Under the pieces are notes generated by a model, which was not told where the DNA came from, searched no databases, and saw only the letters and a program-made list of their open reading frames with translations. From contig CBDCCS010000011.1 of assembly GCA_965214935.1 (NCBI GenBank), positions 221,006 to 285,005 of the forward strand: DNA of 64,000 bases, read 5' to 3'. The translations under genes were made by a program, and so were the position numbers. Source of the DNA: Candidatus Velthaea sp. GTDB lineage: Bacteria; Vulcanimicrobiota; Vulcanimicrobiia; Vulcanimicrobiales; Vulcanimicrobiaceae. Shown in pieces: positions 62,405-64,000 of the stretch. Within the stretch, counting starts at the first letter, position 1; the number at the start of each line of letters is the position of its first letter.

Positions 62405-62604
62405 GCGACGCCGCGATACGGCTCGCACATCACGATCTCGCTCGCGGCGATCGCTGCCGGACGCGTGCGAAGGGCTCGGTCTGCACAGACGCTAATTCGC
62501 ATAGGCCGCGGCACGGACGCCGCGTCTTGCATCTCGGGAAACGCATCCGGGGTCTTGGGACGGAGCCGGAAGCGTATCTTCCGGCAAACCTTGAGGTTAA
62601 AGCG

Positions 62605-62850
62605 ATGTCGACGATCCCGTGCGATTTTTGTCCCCACCCCGTCGATCGGGGGCAAATGGAAGAGATCGAGATCTCGCACTACGTGCCCGATAGCTCCGGT
62701 GACGATCTTGCGTATGCTCGCACGTACTTTTTCGGGCATCCGGATTGCGTTCGGAAGTTTTATCGCGGACTCGTCGATCACAAACTCGATCTCTTTAAAC
62801 ATATGCCGACGGCGCCCGCACCGGTTCCGGGTGAGGAGAAGGGCCCCTAA
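62605..62850 (+). CDS. Small putative zinc-binding protein (81 aa; CxxC...HxxC)
   Basis: GAGG RBS upstream of ATG. MSTIPCDFCPHP...FGHPDCV. Confidence 0.65.
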   Translation: MSTIPCDFCPHPVDRGQMEEIEISHYVPDSSGDDLAYARTYFFGHPDCVRKFYRGLVDHKLDLFKHMPTAPAPVPGEEKGP

Positions 62851-62870
62851 ACGTAGCGTCGGCGGCCTAT

Positions 62871-62944
62871 GCTCCTGTAGCTCAATTGGATAGAGTACCG
62901 CCCTCCGAAGGCGGGGGTTGCCCGTTCGAGCCGGGCCGGGAGCA
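62871..62944 (+). tRNA. tRNA-Arg(CCG), CCA not encoded
   Basis: Acceptor GCTCCTG/CGGGAGC. Anticodon arm CCGCC-CT-CCG-AA-GGCGG. Confidence 0.95.
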
Positions 62945-62966
62945 CGAATCGCATGACGCTGCGTAC

Positions 62967-63401
62967 ATTCGCCGCGCGATGCAGCTCGCCGGCGAGGCAG
63001 CGGCGGCCGGCGACGTACCGGTCGGCGCGGTCCTCGTGGTCGGCGATCGGCGATTCGAGGCACGAAACGAAAAAGAATGTCGGCGCGACCCGACAGCGCA
63101 CGCGGAGATGCTTGCGATTCGCGCGGCCGCCCGCGAACTGGGCGCTTGGCGCATCGGCGGAACGTTGTACGTCACCAAAGAGCCATGTCCGATGTGCGCC
63201 GGCGCGATCGCCGCAAGCCGCATAGTGCGGCTCGTTTACGGCTGCGACGACCCGAAAGGCGGCGCTGCGGGGAGCGTCATCGATGTTCTCGGCTCGGCGG
63301 CCGTGAACCACCGCGTGGCGGTCGAACCTGGCGTGCTCGGCGTGGAGACCGCTTTACAACTGCGCGATTATTTTCAGCGCCAACGCTTGCGGGTGCCGTG
63401 A
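62967..63401 (+). CDS. tadA: tRNA adenosine(34) deaminase; start ATT 62967 or ATG 62979
   Basis: DVPVGAV, DPTAHAE, LYVTKEPCPMCAGA, DPKGGA and NH. Confidence 0.93.
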   Translation: MRRAMQLAGEAAAAGDVPVGAVLVVGDRRFEARNEKECRRDPTAHAEMLAIRAAARELGAWRIGGTLYVTKEPCPMCAGAIAASRIVRLVYGCDDPKGGAAGSVIDVLGSAAVNHRVAVEPGVLGVETALQLRDYFQRQRLRVP

Positions 63402-63491
63402 TGGAGGAAAGGGGGAGATTCGAACTCCCGGAACCCGCAAAGGTTCTCCTGATTTCGAGTCAGGTGCAATCGGCCACTCTGCCACCTTTCC
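63402..63491 (-). tRNA. tRNA-Ser(CGA), CCA encoded
   Basis: Minus strand reads GGAAAGG...CCTGA-CT-CGA-AA-TCAGG, long variable arm, GGGAG-TTCGAAT-CTCCC-CCTTTCC-T-CCA. Confidence 0.95.
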
Positions 63492-63537
63492 GGGCCGACA
63501 CCGTCATTCTTAGGGCGGTCGAACGGAGCCTGCCGGA

Positions 63538-63999
63538 CTAGCTGGGACGCGGGACGGGCGCGGGCGCCGGAGGCGTTGCGGGAGCCGGCGTCGGCAGCAG
63601 TGCCGGATCGGCGGGGATTCGTGGAAACGTGAACGTGTCGAACGTCGAGTCGACGGCGACCTTCGTGCGCCCGATATGAAACGGCGCAAAAAACGTACGG
63701 GTGAAAAAGACATGACCGACCAGCCAGTGATTCTGCACGACGACATAGTCGAGCGTAAATTCTATTTCGTCTTTTCCCGTGTAGGTGACCCGCGTCGGTA
63801 AATTGGTCGCGGTATCGATGTACAATTCATGAATGTAGAAATCGGATTTATTGCCGGCCGTTAGCGCTTTGAGCGGATCCATGATCAAGTGCGCGTTTGC
63901 AGCGGTTGAATCGTCGGCATAGCGTGCGTAATAATTTCGCAAGGTTGTTGCAACGACGGCGACTCCGGCGGTCGTCGCACGCGGCGCGCTGAACGTCAG
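63538..63999 (-). CDS. Hypothetical beta-rich protein with Pro-rich tail, C-terminal part (truncated by window end)
   Basis: Frame is open to the window end. LYIDTATNLPTRVTY strand pattern. PTPAPATPPAPAP tail. Confidence 0.65.
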   Translation of the reverse strand: MTFSAPRATTAGVAVVATTLRNYYARYADDSTAANAHLIMDPLKALTAGNKSDFYIHELYIDTATNLPTRVTYTGKDEIEFTLDYVVVQNHWLVGHVFFTRTFFAPFHIGRTKVAVDSTFDTFTFPRIPADPALLPTPAPATPPAPAPVPRPS

Positions 64000-64000
64000 C

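Noticed and set aside
61950..64000. Integrated element or att site at the tRNA cluster
   Set aside because: No integrase, no duplicated tRNA 3' end and no obvious compositional shift within the window.

Overview
GC-rich bacterial chromosomal segment with about 60 densely packed CDSs and 5 tRNAs. I see no CRISPR array, integrase, transposase or prophage gene. Gene order is Firmicutes-like (rpsU-yqeY-nfeD-floA-phoH-ybeY-dgkA-cdd-recO; ruvX-mltG-DUF1292; rpmE-prfA-prmC) in a high-GC genome, which suggests a Terrabacteria lineage such as Ca. Eremiobacterota (inference, not verified). Most content is housekeeping or envelope related: proS, pyrG, a split glutamine-dependent NAD synthetase, cinA, an Amj flippase, GT-C/GT2/GT4 glycosyltransferases, an LCP protein, and tricorn, S8, M16 and M24 peptidases. 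Two things stand out. (1) A translationally coupled 8-gene minus-strand operon (28440-36205) joins LuxE- and LuxC-like enzymes with intact catalytic Cys motifs to a class-III aminotransferase and a Gfo/Idh/MocA oxidoreductase, with no luxA/B/D. It is a candidate non-luminescent acid -> aldehyde -> amine pathway. (2) Many genes appear to start at non-canonical codons (ATT, ATC, CTG). These include a DUF1292-like gene with no ATG/GTG/TTG in its frame, missing from the ORF track, and recurring ATTAA and CTGA start/stop overlaps. There are also two frameshifted genes and probable leaderless transcripts. All functional calls come from motif recognition by eye; no database searches were run.
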